In this document: one piece after another, positions 1 through 14,400 of the stretch
How the letters are laid out: each line of letters begins with the position of its first letter
Numbering within the stretch: the first letter of the stretch is position 1
Assembly: GCA_043228905.1 (NCBI GenBank)
Contig: JBHGNT010000010.1
Span: forward strand, 17,484,001 to 17,548,000
DNA length: 64,000 bases
Origin: Azolla caroliniana
Lineage: Eukaryota > Plantae > Polypodiophyta
Direction: 5' to 3'
Notes under the pieces: model-generated
What the model saw: only the letters and a program-made list of their open reading frames with translations
What the model was told of the DNA's origin: nothing
Databases searched by the model: none
Program-made: the position numbers and the translations under genes

Positions 1-637
1 ATTATTTCTTCTTGTTTAACGACATTTTTCATGTAAATTGGATTCGCCTTTACACATGATATCTAGGTTGAATGAAGAGGGAAATTGTTAGTTCCTTGAC
101 TAGATTGTACAAATTCGTCTCTTAGAAAATCTCGTTAGTTAAACAAAGTAGAGATGCTAATCTATTATCCTATGTTTAAGCATTCACATGTTCATGACTT
201 CAGGTTGATAAAGACGGAAATTGTCGTTTTTCTGTTTTATCTACCATTCTTTTCGTTGACCTAAAAACGAATGAACACATGATTCTTAAAGTTGAGGAAA
301 GGACATGTTCTGTATTCTATTTTTTCTAGATCTGGTATATCCTCATGCATGTCTAGTGACTGTATTATCTCCTCTGGTGGAAGGGCACAGAATTTATTTA
401 GTTTTTTTGCTCAGTGAGCAAGGAAAAGAAATGTTTGTTTTGTTTCTGTTTTGTAGACACTCATCTTAGTGCTTGTTGTCTACTAGATTATGACAGTTAT
501 TTAAGAATTCTCATGTGTACTGAAGACTGAATTCCTCAGTGATATGTGAAAAAGATATTGCGTGTAAGTTTGATTTCAGTTCAATTTTATGTTCATGAGT
601 GCTAAAACTCTTGGATTTTTTATTTATATTGGAGTAG

Positions 638-3600
638 ATTTCATACATGATGAGGGTGCTGATTTGCAAGAAGAGGAGGTTAGGCAGAGGATGCATCGCC
701 GCCCTTTTTTGCCTAGTGATGAACAAGATGAGCAGGATGTTGCGGATCTGGAAAAATACATACACCAGCGATATGGTGCAAGGCAAGACTATTCTGAATA
801 TGATGAAGAGACAACAGATGTTGAGCAGCAAGCATTGCTTCCATCTGTGAAGGATCCGAAGCTTTGGATGGTTACCTGTAAGGTACTATATAAACTCCTA
901 TGATATTTTTTTGAGAGAAAGAAAGAGATCTAGTGATGTAATCTATGCTGATTTAATTTTCAAGTTTCTTCAAGGTATCATATAAACTCATATTCTTGTC
1001 TTTTGAGAAATAAATTTAATGTGTTAGTCCATGTAAGTTTGAGTCTGCTGATGTGCAAGGTAATTCCATGCCTTTTGTTTCTGAACGTTTTGTGGTGACG
1101 TGACTTGGATTATTGGTTTGATAACATTAAAGGTATTATGTGCTACTGTTTAGAGAACTTTAGTTTCTATTAGATATTATGTATTCAGTAGCCTTTAAGG
1201 ATATTGAATGGTTCACCTTTGCACAAGTTTATAATGATGTAATTTCATTCGCTATTGATTTTGATAACCTTCAAGGTATTATATGAATTTCCATGCTTCT
1301 GTTTTTGAGAAAGAAATGCATATATGATCAATTTTGGTATTGTCAAAGCTATAATCCATTCTTCTGCTTCGTTAAAATGTTAAGGAATGTAATCCATATT
1401 ATTCATTTCATTAACATCTGTAGTATACTGACATTTGGTTTGTGGCACATGTTTTTTTGAACATGATATTAAGTCTACTTCATGAGATATGTTAAGTATA
1501 GAGCTACCCAGGGCATGCAGATTTAGTTTCATGTTTAGCAAAAAACGAACAAATACCTTAGAGGTGATATCAAAATGATTGTTTGGAAATGGATATGTTT
1601 GACTTTACTTCCTTGCTTCCATGTTAAAAACAATTAGTGCTGTAATCCATATTACTGTTTTTAGTTTCATACCTTCTCTCTAAGTTGATAAATTGTTTCG
1701 CACAGCTTGGACATGAACGCGAAGCTGCAGTCTGCTTAATGCAAAAATTTCTGTCTATGCGATCTCAAGGTCAAGATCTACAGATAAGATCTGCTGTGGC
1801 TCTTGATCACCTGAAAGGATACCTATATGTTGAGGCTGAAAAAGAAGCGTATGTGAAGCAGGTGATTTTTCCTATCCTTGTTCCCTTCCTATTTTCCTTC
1901 GGAAAGACAAGGATCATGTCTAATCTGTTGAAATGTTTTATCTACAGGCTTGCAGGGGTCTACGAATGATATATTCAAATAAGGTTATGCTTGTTCCTAT
2001 CAAGGAAATGACCGATGTCCTTTCAGTGGAAAGTAAATCTGTAGAACTAGACAAGGACTCTTGGGTTAGAGTCAAAATTGGCATCTACAAGGGTGACCTC
2101 GCGAAGGTATACTGCATTTGCTGGCCAGTGTTTTGAGCAGAGGCAAAGTGGTCTATATTAACATTTTCCTCTTTCAACAGGTTGTGGATGTTGATCATGT
2201 TAGACAGAGGGTCACAATTAAACTTGTTCCACGAATAGACTTGCAAGCACTTGCAGCTAAACTTGTAAGCATAATGTATAGGAGGTTTTAATGTTTCTTA
2301 GATGCATGTGATTATTTCTGAACTTTAAATGGTATTTGTTTTGGATTTTCATCTGTAGGAAGGTAGAAATGATGAAAAGAAAAAAGCATTTGTACCACCT
2401 CCACGCTTTATCAGCATTGCTGAAGTCAAGTATGCCCTATACCTTGATTATAATAATACAATTTGATGTTTGTATGTTGGTATTGGATATGCTGAAGAGG
2501 ACTTCTTTCTTTCTAATGTTCTCTTTCTCAGGGACATGAGAATACCAGTGGATAGGAAAAGAGACGGCATAACAGGAGAAGTGTACGATACGTTTGAAGG
2601 GCTTCTATTCAAAGATGGCTACTTGATTAAAAATGTGTCTACAAAGACAGTCACAGCATCCAATATTGAGCCATCATTTGATGAACTTCAAAAATTTCAA
2701 AAGCCAGGGGATGAGAGGAGTGGTGCTGCAGTGGGGTTGACATCTTTGCTTGCCAATCGAAAGAAAGGGCATTTCATGAAAGGTGATGCAGTGATTGTTG
2801 TCGAAGGAGATCTTAAAAATATGATGGGTATTGTTGAGAAGGTCGATGAAGACAGTGTTTACGTCAAACCAAAGTATAAAAATTTAAAGGTGGGCCATAC
2901 GTTTTACTGCAATTGACCCCATTCTTTGGAAGAAAAATGTATATTTTGTTTACCTATTTTGGGGTTTTGCATGTCAGGACACAATTACTTTCAAGGACAA
3001 ACAGTTATGCAAGTTTTTTAAGACTGGGGATCATGTGAAGGTGGTGACTGGGAAACATGAAGGTGTTACAGGAATGGTGGTGAAAGTGGAAGCCCACATT
3101 CTGGTTGTTCTGTCAGATACAACAAAGGAGGATGTAAGTATCTTATCCTAAAAACTGTTCTGCTCATTTGCATATGTTGATTCTTACTCAGTGAATCCTT
3201 TTCATCATGATAGAAACATAGAAAAGATCAAATGAAGAGGAATAGGCTGTCTTAAAGGTCATGGAACGGTCATTTTTATTCAGTCCATATCTTCGTTATG
3301 TGATATCATGTTTCAATGACGAATCCCACTTTTATGAGACTTTGAATATAATATCAGTCTTCCAAAGTCAAGTGAGATTGACATCTAACTTTGTTGCTAT
3401 AAATGTATACAATGCTATAACTATGTTTGTAGATTCTATACTTGTGTGGTTTGTTCACTGAGGTTAAATCGTTCATGGTTCTGCAGATCCGAGTATTTGC
3501 AGATCATGTTGTTGAAAGCTCTGAAGTTACATCAGGCTTAACGAAGCTTGGAGACTATGAATTGCATGATTTGGTATTTTTTGAGTAAGTGGCACAAATG

Positions 3601-6554
3601 ATCACAAATTATTATAGCCAGTGAGGGATGTCATCAAACTTCTAATTGTTTCCGTTTTGGTGTTATTTACAGTCAGACAAGTGCTGGAATCATCATCCGT
3701 GTAGAAACAGATGGCTGTCAGGTAAATTCGATGTTGATGGCATATCATAAACAAATGCATTCCATGTTGAGATTCTGAAGCGCTTGCTTTGTGACAGATT
3801 TTGAAGGCAGTTCCTGAAAGACCTGAGATCATTACTGTGAAGTTGAGGGATATGCGTCAGAAAGTATTTGACAGGCATAGTAGTACTCATGACCACTATA
3901 TGAATACTATATCGTTGAAAGATATAGTTCGAGTTTTGGAAGGGCCATTTAAGGTACAAATTGTCAGAATATAATCTATTTAGCCCTGTGAGAATATTGT
4001 GAGAATATTGTGAGAATATAATCTATTTAGCCATTTAATGCAATATTTGTTTTTTCAGGGTAAGCAAGGTCCGGTAGAACATATATTTGGTAATTTGATT
4101 TTCATATACGACCGTCACTACCATGAAAATGGAGGATATATTTGTATTCGTGGCCGTTCTTGTGCTGCCCTGGGAGGTTCAAGGGGTTCTGAAGTGAGTT
4201 TTTGTGTCTGTATATTTTTTGTTTATATTTGAAGATACTTCGGCTGTATTAATTACTAACATTGGCACTTTCTCTGATGTCAGAATCATGTTCCCAACCT
4301 TTCTTCTAATTTGAGAGGATTGAAACTTCCTGTGAATGGATCTCCATTTAACAGGGGTGGTATGGGCAGGGGCTATCCTCCTCCAGGTATGCAGTCTCAA
4401 TATCAGTCTTGTTGTGTACTATTATTGATATTTATTAAAATGATAAGTTGTAATTGCAGCTGGAGGAAGACATAGAGGAGGAAGGAATAGGGTTGATAGT
4501 ATTGTTGGGAAGACAGTAAAGATAAGATTAGGACCTTTCAAAGGCTATCGTGGGAGAGTAGTTGATGTTACTGACACTTCAGTGAGAATTGAATTAGAGT
4601 CGCAGATGAGGGTGGTTACAGGTCTGGCATTATTAATTTCAGTTGATAATACGGGTTCATCACTTTGTATTTTATCTCATTGCTCGTTACATTTATATGC
4701 AGTCAAGAGAGACCAAATGATGGAGCTGAATGAAACTGTGACACATTATCGGTATGTGCACTGATTTAATGCATATATTAAACAATTTCTGGTTAAGCTG
4801 TGTTTTAATGCCTTGCACTACAGGGAATCAACAAGGTACGGAGCAGGAAGTGAAACTCCAATGCATCCATCAAGGACACCGATGCATCCATTTATGACAC
4901 CCATGAGAGATCCTAGTGGTGAGCTTTCAAGTCATGTGATCATTTTGAATGGTGTTAGGCATATCTTACATGTTCACCTTCTATTCTTTGCAGCTACGCC
5001 TTTCCATGATGGTATGAGAACACCTATGCGAGATCGGGCATGGAATCCACACTCACCCATGACACCTTTGAGGTTAGTTTTGGTCCTTGTTGCATTGTAT
5101 TTTGTTTGACACATGAAGAATGGAAATAAAATCTCCCTTAATGGTATTATATTTTCTTATATTTTGAGAATTTGATTTTGATTTATCTCTGCTGATGGCC
5201 ATAAATACCAGAGACAATAATGGCTGGGATGATGCCAGTCCTTCCACATGGGGGGGAAGCACTCCTACTCATCAGGTGAAATGTTTTTTTCGTGTAGAAC
5301 TATCTTGAAACTATAGCGAGGGTTGAAGAATATTTCCCAATGAATTTGCGTTTGTGAGTTTTTAGCCTGGTACACCAGCTGGAAGATCATACGATGCGCC
5401 AACTCCCGGATCTGGATGGAAGAGCTCTCCTGGAGCAATCTTCAGTGACATCGGTACACCTAGAGACAGTCCTCCTTATGGTAATTTTAACACATGCATT
5501 TTAGACAGCAGTTTGTTTTATGTTTTAGTTCTGAATATATAAACTAAAATAGAAAGAAATGACATGGTTGTTCCTCCACAGCAAATGATGCTCCCAGTCC
5601 ATACCTTCCTTCCACTCCAGGAGGCCCTCCCATGACTCCAGGAGCTCCTTCGTATTTGCCTGGTACTCCAGGTGGTCAGCCCATGACACCTGGAAGTGGT
5701 GGACTAGATATAATGTCACCAATAACTGGTAAGTTGCATGCAATAGTAGTGTATTGTTGTTGCCTTGTCTCAAACAAACTATAATATCGGTGGTTCAATA
5801 TTTTTGTAAGGATATTTGTTTTACTTGAATGTAGATTATTTCAATCTTGCAATTTTGTGTATTGTATTAAAATAATGATATATATGGTTGATTTATTTAC
5901 CATAAGAAAATCTTACCATTAGATGATGAGTTGTTTTTATAAGTTTCCTGATGTACTTGTAAAACTACTACCATCATATAGGTGGCCATGATATGGGTAG
6001 TCGCTGGGCACTTCCAGATGTGGTAATTATGATTCGCAAGCTGGGTGAAGATCCTCAAATTGGCATTATCAAAGAAGTGTTAGCGGTAAAAAAGATAATT
6101 TGCTACTTTTCTGTTATATTCTCTTCTATCATCATAGATTCTGTTTTTATATCCTTCTTTCCGTGGTTTGCATTTTGGGTATACAATGGCAGCGGGAGTT
6201 GAACTCATGATCTCTCTATTTCTTGTTTGTTGCTTATCATGAGATGTTTATCAGCTATACATGAAATTCTAGACTCATGTTCACATTTGTTTTAACTCGA
6301 TCATTATCCAGGATGGGACTTGTAAAGTTATGCAGGGACTTTCTGGCCATGGGGACCTTATCACTGTTAATCCTTTAGAGATGGAGCAGGTCGTGCCAAA
6401 GAAGTCAGATAAGATCAAAGTCATAAGTGGAGAGTTCCGGAATTCTACAGGAAAGCTCATTGGGATTGATGGTGCAGATGGTATCGTGAAGATGGATGAT
6501 ACTCTAGATGTTAAAATTCTAGATATGAGCATTTTAGCCCACATGTATTCATAA
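638..6554 (+). CDS. SPT5: Transcription elongation factor SPT5, multi-exon, 5' exons upstream of window
   Basis: GT-AG exons (e.g. 638-882, 1706-1861, 1948-2106, 2181-2264, last 6312-6554) encode [16 protein letters not shown], the NGN domain ([10 protein letters not shown]), KOW repeats ([34 protein letters not shown]), CTR repeats ([24 protein letters not shown]) and a terminal KOW ([14 protein letters not shown]); stop TAA 6552-6554. Confidence 0.96.
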
Positions 6555-8081
6555 TTTCTATTGATGTCCTTTTGAGTTGGTGCATATAATAACAATATGG
6601 GTGACCCCTCTAGTTTACATGAGATCTCTCCAATGTCCCTTCATTGAAAATATTGTTTTCAGTGCGATTGCCTGCAGTACATTGTGATTCTCACTGTAGA
6701 GATCTTAATGTTGATAGCAAGTTTTGTGGAGAGGCTTGACCGTGATATTTTAAAGAGGTCTAGCGAACGAGATTGTCAAAGGCTATGCTTGACATGAAAA
6801 ACATGTGTATTTATTTTATCTCCAGTCTAAAACAATCATATGGGCGTATTCATGGACAAAACATGATAATAAAAAATACAGATTGTCCAATTGGGTTATG
6901 GTATTTTGATGGCATAGTGTACAGCATGGATGGCAGAAACTGCTAATTTTTTTTGAGCTTTACCTTTTTACACCAATCATGTTAAAGAAGAGGTGCGAAA
7001 GCTTTGAGAGTTAAGCTTCCTCCCGTTTGGCTTTCGGGTTAAACAAAGACTAAAGAGTTTATTAATGGGCAGCTGTTTTGGATGGTGTATAGATAACAAA
7101 TTTTATGATGTTACACCAATGAAATCCTGTTGTCATCGTTTCATGTATGATTTACGGGTTTCTCTGTACACCATTGACTTGATTTAAAAGTGAATCCACA
7201 ATTTTATATTTTTAACTAATTTAGGTGGCTATTCTATGTGGTGTACAAACACTCTTTTGTGTGACAATGCAGACGCTTACTGTAATGGCAGTTTTAGAAG
7301 CAGGCTGCAGTAAGTCATCTTGATTAGCATTCCCTAGTTTGAGCTTACATGTATGTACTCAGTTTTGTATTGAATGGCTAATAGTTTTGCTTTGATTTGG
7401 GTTTACTGTAATGGCTCTTGCTTGTCTCGATAACTCACTGTAAACTAACTTCAATTATTGTATTCATAGTTCCTAATATTCACAGAAGTCCAATTTGGTG
7501 GACATATATGAACATTTGCATACGTTTGTGTATGATATGCGACATTCGTTTGGAATTTATTTTTTCTTTTGGTTTATGTTTTGGGTTTTTTTTTCTGATG
7601 TTTGTCACGAGCCGAAGTCTTGAGGAGTGAGGAGTGAGAAACAAACAGGAGTGAGACACAATTCTTCTCTTTGTCTCTATATGCTTTTTGTGTATGTATC
7701 TTCTCTCTGCTTTGTGTGTGTAATGAATAGATGAGGAGCTCCTCTTTGAGCGATGCACGCAATGAAAGTAGATAGACAACTAGCAATTCCTCTCCTATCC
7801 ACTCTCTCTCTCACAGTGCATGAGTATATTAATATATTAAGTTTTGGAGAAGGTGAAGCCTCACAATGCATGAGTGGCTTTATTAGTTTGGATATATACT
7901 TGTTGGACCCTTTGTGGTATGTGGTGATCTACAAGAGGCTACATTTTTTCTTTTCTTGATGATTTGGTGCCTCAATCAATGGATTCATTCTTTCGACTCC
8001 AAGATCTTAGGAGATGTGGTCATAGGAGTGTACCATACAGTGTTTGATTATGGAAAGACTCACACAGGCTTTGGCAAAGCT

Positions 8082-8269
8082 GAATGATTTTCAATCATCC
8101 CTGTATGTAGATGATTGTTATGGCCATAAGAACCATCTGCATACTTCCCACTACATAAAACCTCCTTGTATGCAGATGATTGTCATGGCCATAATGATTT
8201 TCAATCATCCCTGTATGCACATGATTGTTATGGCCACGACAACCATCTGTATACTTCCCACTACATAAA
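8082..8269. repeat. Imperfect tandem duplication (~110-bp period) followed by (CCCT)n/(CT)n
   Basis: aatgattttcaatcatccctgtatg...atacttcccactacataaa occurs at ~8082 and ~8193. Confidence 0.8.
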
Positions 8270-10289
8270 TCTCTCCCTCCCTCCCTCCCTCCCTCTCTCT
8301 CTCTCTCTTGGACACACAATACGTACACCGTATGTATGTATGTGTCGCGTATGGATTTCAATCATACTTGGAGCCATTTCACGTACGAGTATGATACGAA
8401 TATTCACGAATGAGACGGTATATGATTGTATGTTGACAATATCACGCTTGCTCATATCTATCTTATTTGCCCATCATCTTATATGTTATATGATGCAAAT
8501 TGCTCAATTAAATTCAGAAGTTATTTCCAAGATGTTTTATGGATTTTGATATCTGGGTTTTCCTTGTATCAATTTGGAATTTGCCTAAGCCCTTCAACTA
8601 TTTATGCCATCAATGACATTTCCAATCCACTCCATGAATGATGTATTCTCCTTTTGATCAATAGTCTCATTGTCTACAAGTGCATTACAACAAAAGAAAA
8701 CATGAAAAAAAAAAGGGTCAACTTTCTTGGAATGATAAAAGTACCTACGTATAGTCAATGGTAGGGAGACAGACAAATTGTACAAGTCTCTTTCGAGGCA
8801 TGCAACTTTCGTGTTAGTGCTAGATAACATTGAGTCCTAGATACATCGCCGAAATGAGATAGTGATAGGATTTGCAAGACTGCCCTACTTCAGTTGAAGA
8901 AGTAAGACTTGCTTACACGATAGTTTTTAACAACCAAGTAATCAATATTCTTTATTACTTTGCTCTCTCATGGCTAGAATTAGCTGGTAGAATATAGAAC
9001 CTTTCATGGTTGCTAGGATGGAGGGCAAAACCCTTGTGAGAATGGAAAAGACAAGAGTAGTATATGTAAGGGAAAGAGAGAGGTAGAACTTGTCTTGAGG
9101 AAATGAAACTAAATAGAACCTAATATTTGCATGTTTTGTAAAACAACAAGACAAAAGCTTGTGGCACAAACCATTATTAAGTAACCTTTGAGTGTAAGAT
9201 ATATACTTAACATCCATAGGAGACCAATTGCAATTTATGAGATGGGCACTAGTCCATGGCAAAGATCGAACTTGGGCTCTCTCAAATTTAAGAGCGTGAA
9301 CAAAAGAGAACCTAATTAAAGAAAGACTTCTATTGGCGGGGCATTGGTGCTATAGGCATAAGCACTTACAGACCAATTTTGCAACTAAATTTAATGCGAT
9401 GCATGTCGAAAAAGATTGGGAGTTTTTTTCAAGTTCCTCTTGCATTCATACATCCTAGTCACACGTAAGGGTAAGATAGTTGGAAAACTAGTTACTATGA
9501 AATAGGACAAAGCCTAGTGGCATGTGGCATGTGGGAATGGTAGGGAGCCTCAGGTGTTGGACAATATAAATTGGATTAACTATTCCATTCATTATATCAT
9601 CTTGACACATTGTTGAGACTTTGTTAGTGCTATAGGCAAATTATATAGCTAATTTTAACGGGTTAAGTGTAAGATATTTGGGAAACTAAATCCTATTAAT
9701 TGAGACTAACCCATAATGACCTATTAAATATGGGAACACGAGGTGGTTAAGGAGCCTTAAGTGTTGGCCTTTATAAAGGGGATTAGATATCCCTTTCATG
9801 ACAACATCTTAACTACACATCGTCGAGACTCTATTTGTGAGGCTCCGTTCTTTTTTTCAGATCCTTTGCTCAATCATCGATGGTATTTTATGTTTGTCTC
9901 GTGTCCTTCGAGGGGGTGATTGGTGTGATTAAGCACCTTATAGTCTTCTTGTTAATAGCACTTTGAGAAACCATTATCTGTTTTTAATGTGCACCATACA
10001 ATCATGCTACATTTGCTCTACACTGATTTAAAGGCATTCCGATCTCTATTGTTCTTTCCCAAATGTCACTCCTTGATACTTAGGCAAAGGCTTTCTTGAA
10101 GTTCAGAACATAACAATTTAGTGGAGTGAACTTTCTTCCATAATTACTCTTAGTGTAACCAAATGATCAACAACTTAATATTTTGGTCTAAAGACTGCTT
10201 GACCAAGTGCTCATTTGTGATGATATTCAACCCATGAGCTAATCTTTTGCTCCATTATAGCGTTATATAAGTTGGCCATAACTAATCTA

Positions 10290-10608
10290 ACCATGATTGT
10301 TCAATAGTTGATCAACACCAGCAAAACTGCTTACAGTGAGGGCTCTTGCATCATGATAAATATGACGAATGAAAGAAGGATTCTTCAAAAATATGTTGCT
10401 TGATAGCTTGATCCATGAGAGTTGATATATGTCTTTTCTACCCCTTTATTAGCATCGTAAATAGACAACTAACCGTGATAATTCAATACTTGATCAATGC
10501 CAGTAAAAACATCTCTGAAGTGGTTCCTTGCACTGTGCCAAATATGACGAACGAAAAAAGAAATATTCTGAAAAAGGTTGCTTGATAACTTGATCCATGA
10601 TAGTTGCT
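10290..10608. repeat. Diverged tandem duplication, ~180-bp period
   Basis: Blocks ttcaata.ttgatcaa, aaatatgacgaa.gaaa and gttgcttgata.cttgatccatga.agttg recur about 180 bp apart. Confidence 0.7.
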
Positions 10609-10720
10609 ATCTATTTATGAGTTTGTGGTCTTGTCCATTTTTTAAAGAGCTCTCTTGTCTTAAAAGGTTAAACTTGCATCCACAACGTTGCCATTAGTCA
10701 TATTTTTCTGCCCCTTTATT

Positions 10721-11146
10721 TAACAATCGACGACGGTTCGGTTCGGTTTGAGAGGATCAAGGCCGAATCGGTTTGGAACCGAATTGTTTAATTTTTTTGA
10801 AACCTAGACCGAATCACGAAACCGTTAAACATTTTTCAAACCGTTAATCCATTAAACCGTTAAAACTGTGGTTTCATGGTCCGGTTTTGGTTTTCAACTT
10901 AGGCCAAATTTTAAATTTTTAAATTTATAATATTTCATTATTTAAAAAATTTAAAGATGTTCCTAAAATGTGAGAATAAGGTCTAAAAATGGAAAAATTG
11001 TTTAAAAAACAAAATTTTAAAATTTGTTAAAAAAAATAAAAAATAAAAAAACCATTAAACCGTTTTAACCGCGGTTTCTGACGGTTGAAACCGGACCGAA
11101 CCGTTTTAAAAAACCTAAACCTGAACCGAGCCGTTGCCGACTGTTA
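10721..11146. mobile_element. MITE-like non-autonomous DNA element with AACCG/CGGTT subterminal repeats
   Basis: Left end taacaatcgacgacggttcggttc matches the reverse complement of the right end (taacagtcggcaacggctcggttc); AT-rich core; no ORF; TSD unclear. Confidence 0.75.
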
Positions 11147-11303
11147 GGGAGAGGAGAGTTTTCTTGGGTTGGAAGGTCAGGAGGAGAGAGGGGTATTTTG
11201 GGAAATGGATAACTTATGAGATTTTCCTTTTAAGTTCTCCCGATAATTTGATAAACCCAACCCTCCTCAAATTGAGCCAAGCTGAAGCGAGTGAGAAACA
11301 AAA

Positions 11304-11334
<31 letters not shown>

Positions 11335-11458
11335 CTCTGCAGAGACAGGCAGACAAGACAAGACAAGACAAGACAAGACGAGACGAGACGAGACGAGAGA
11401 CAGACAGACAGACAGACACAGAGACACAGATAGACGCACGCACAGAAGGAGATGAGAT

Positions 11459-14400
11459 ATGAGAGCGAAAGGATCCCTCTCCGAAGCCGATGTCGCTCTG
11501 CTTCTCAGGAGGTAAGACATTCTTCCCATTTCTTCATCCTCACCGTTTGCTCTCTTCTTCTTTTCTCTTTTTGTTTGGCTTGCTTTGAACTCGTATACCA
11601 AGGGAAACTGCGTGGTGATCTCAGGACTTGATGATTCTCGAAGAAATTTGTTTATGCTTCCTACAACTGTTGATCATTGTCTTTGTGGCTGATATATACT
11701 GTTTCTTTTGTACGACTTCTGTATGTGTGTGTGTGTTTGATTTATACACCATGAGTGCAAGGGCAGAACACCATTGTGAGTTACTCTCATATGTAATAGA
11801 AAGTTTGTTTTCAGATATACATCTCTGTGAGTGTAACTCTATATGCCTATCTAATCAATTCTCAATATTTCTAACAGTATGCAAGAAACAAAATGTAACA
11901 GGAAACACATAACAAGGGGTTTCTCCGACCATTTGTTTAACTTTTATGAGGATAGAAAGGTGATGGACGTTTTCTATAGACGAGAAGAGATAAAACTACG
12001 TATATGACCATTTGCAATAAAAGACATATCGATGATGTGATCAAAGACTCACTCCTTGTTGATGTACACTGGTTTCAACAAGGATGCACCTAAAGTGCTA
12101 AAGTCTGCTATTTTCTCTTATTTGGAAGTGGTTGGCAAATTAAATGCAATAGTTTACTTTTAATGTTTTCGATTCACTGTGTTTTCTTATCATTTGTTTT
12201 CATAGTAGAGAATATAGTGGAATTGATGAGAGAAAATGATTCATACACATGTTTGAATCTGTCATGGCTAACTTCAAGATGTCGTGTTTTAAGACACTCA
12301 GCTGAGACATGAATTGAGTGCAAGCTAAATAGGCGTTTTGGGTGGATGATTTTAGTAATACTATGACATATTCTAAAATGTGTGAAAACCTTCTTTTATC
12401 ATGAAATTTCTCATTTGAGCTGTACTAGTAATTGTTTTCGTCATTGCAGATATACAGCAAGTACTGTGCTAGCTCTACTACAGGAAATTGCTTGCTCAGC
12501 AGATAGTAAATTGAATTGGAGTCTGCTGGCTAAAAATTCCAACTCAGGGATCAGCAATGCAAAGGAGTATCAATCCCTTTGGCGTCATCTTGCTTATCGC
12601 ACGAATATATCTGAAAGCTTTGAAGATGATGCATTGCCATTGGTAAATTCTCTATTTCAGATTAAGATATAAAGAAACAGATGTGTTGCATTTGGTTCTT
12701 ATTCTCATTGTATCTAAAAGTTAAGGCATGTGAATGTAGGAGGATGATAGTGATATTGAATTTGAAGTTGATCCTGTTCCAGGGGTTAGTCAAGAAGTTG
12801 CGACTAATGTGGCAGCTTGTGTGAAGGTGAGGATCGTACGGACAATAGTAAATCAGAAATTATAATAATAAATTAATGTTGAAGTGTGATGTTTGGACTT
12901 CTGACATGGATTATTATGGATCAAGGAAAAAAAGAAGAAGCCTACTTTTGAGATGCATTCATTATACTCAAAATTATTGTTGTCAGAAAAAGTTAATTTC
13001 TATAGTTCCAGTTTAACTTTACCTTCTAAAGCTGATAGGTTGTTTCATGTCGCATTTTAACGCCTTTTCATGTATTAAGTGAGTTTTGAACTGGCAGTAG
13101 TACACTGGTATGCCAAATAAGTTGGTATTTTTATCATATCTGTATGTTTCAGTTGGCAAACATCCAAAATTATGATGTTTAATGTAAGCCAATATCTGGT
13201 ATGCCAAGTAAGTTGGTATTTTTATCATATCTGTATGTTTCAGTTGGCAAACATCCAAAATTATGATGTTTAATGTAAGCCAATATCTGGTATGCCAAAT
13301 AAGTTGGTATTTTTATCATATCTGTATGTTTCAGTTGGCAAGCATCCAAAATTATGATGTTTAATGTAAGCCAATATACTTGGCTTTAATAGTGATATGT
13401 TACCACGAGCAGAAACTCTGGCTGTTTTCACTATTTCTACTACTGAATTGTGGTAAGCTGGTTTGGTCTCTTGACTTTTGGCACCTCTGTCCACTTGTGT
13501 AGGCATGGTGATATGTGACCTTCCTGAGATGCATGTACTTCAAAAACAATGTTTTTGTCAGCAGGGGATGGATGCTTGCTTAAAAAATGAATATACTGAT
13601 TTCAAGAAGAATGGTAATCTTGTAACCTGTTCTTAGTGATGGATGCATGTTCCATCACCTGGGGCTATAATCACATGGTACAGCCATTTTTCACATCTTT
13701 TCCTCTGTCCTGTTTCCTACGATGTCCTCCATTCGATTCCATTGTTTGAGATTTTCCTCATTAGATAAAGAAAGGTCATTTGATGTCATCTCTGTCCTTG
13801 ATGCGTCCCATGTAACTGTGCATGGTGGAGAAATCTACTTCCCTGCATTCATTGATGACTATGCTTCACATGGAGTACATAGTGGGTTCCAAAACAGTCC
13901 AAATTTGTTTTTGGGTCTCATTACTGTCTCTGATGTGTATGCCATGCGACAATGCTTGGGGGAAAAATCTACTTCACTACATCAATTGATGGCCATACTT
14001 CACAGTGAAGAGTCAAATTTATTTCCATGTTTTCATCATTTTCTTTCCATGGCAGAAAATAGTCGTAGTTGCAATTTACTGATAGAGGAAGGAGTGAATA
14101 TATGTTTAAAGAGGAAACAAGATCAGATGTTTACCAGGTATCCAGAATGTGTCACTGGCTACAAATCTGTTGTCCATATTGTTTGAGCATACCAGATATC
14201 CAGAATGTTGAAGCATCTACTGCTAACCTTAATCTAAGGACCTGGGTTGTGCCACCAATAGGGACTTCTCCTTATCAATATACAGTAATTAGTAATTACT
14301 AATCAGTAATTTCAAGGGATTTTGGCTAAATGGGCCTATTTTATGAGCAGGTTTTGTCCAGGGCAGGGACTCCTGCAAGTAATTCTTCAAAGTCTCAAGA

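Noticed and set aside
8560-8940. Possible Copia RNase H relic on the minus strand (SSTEV-like)
   Set aside because: Too degraded to support by eye.
13722-14186. 154-aa ORF in DRMY1-like intron 3
   Set aside because: No recognisable domain; exons 3 and 4 splice in frame without it.
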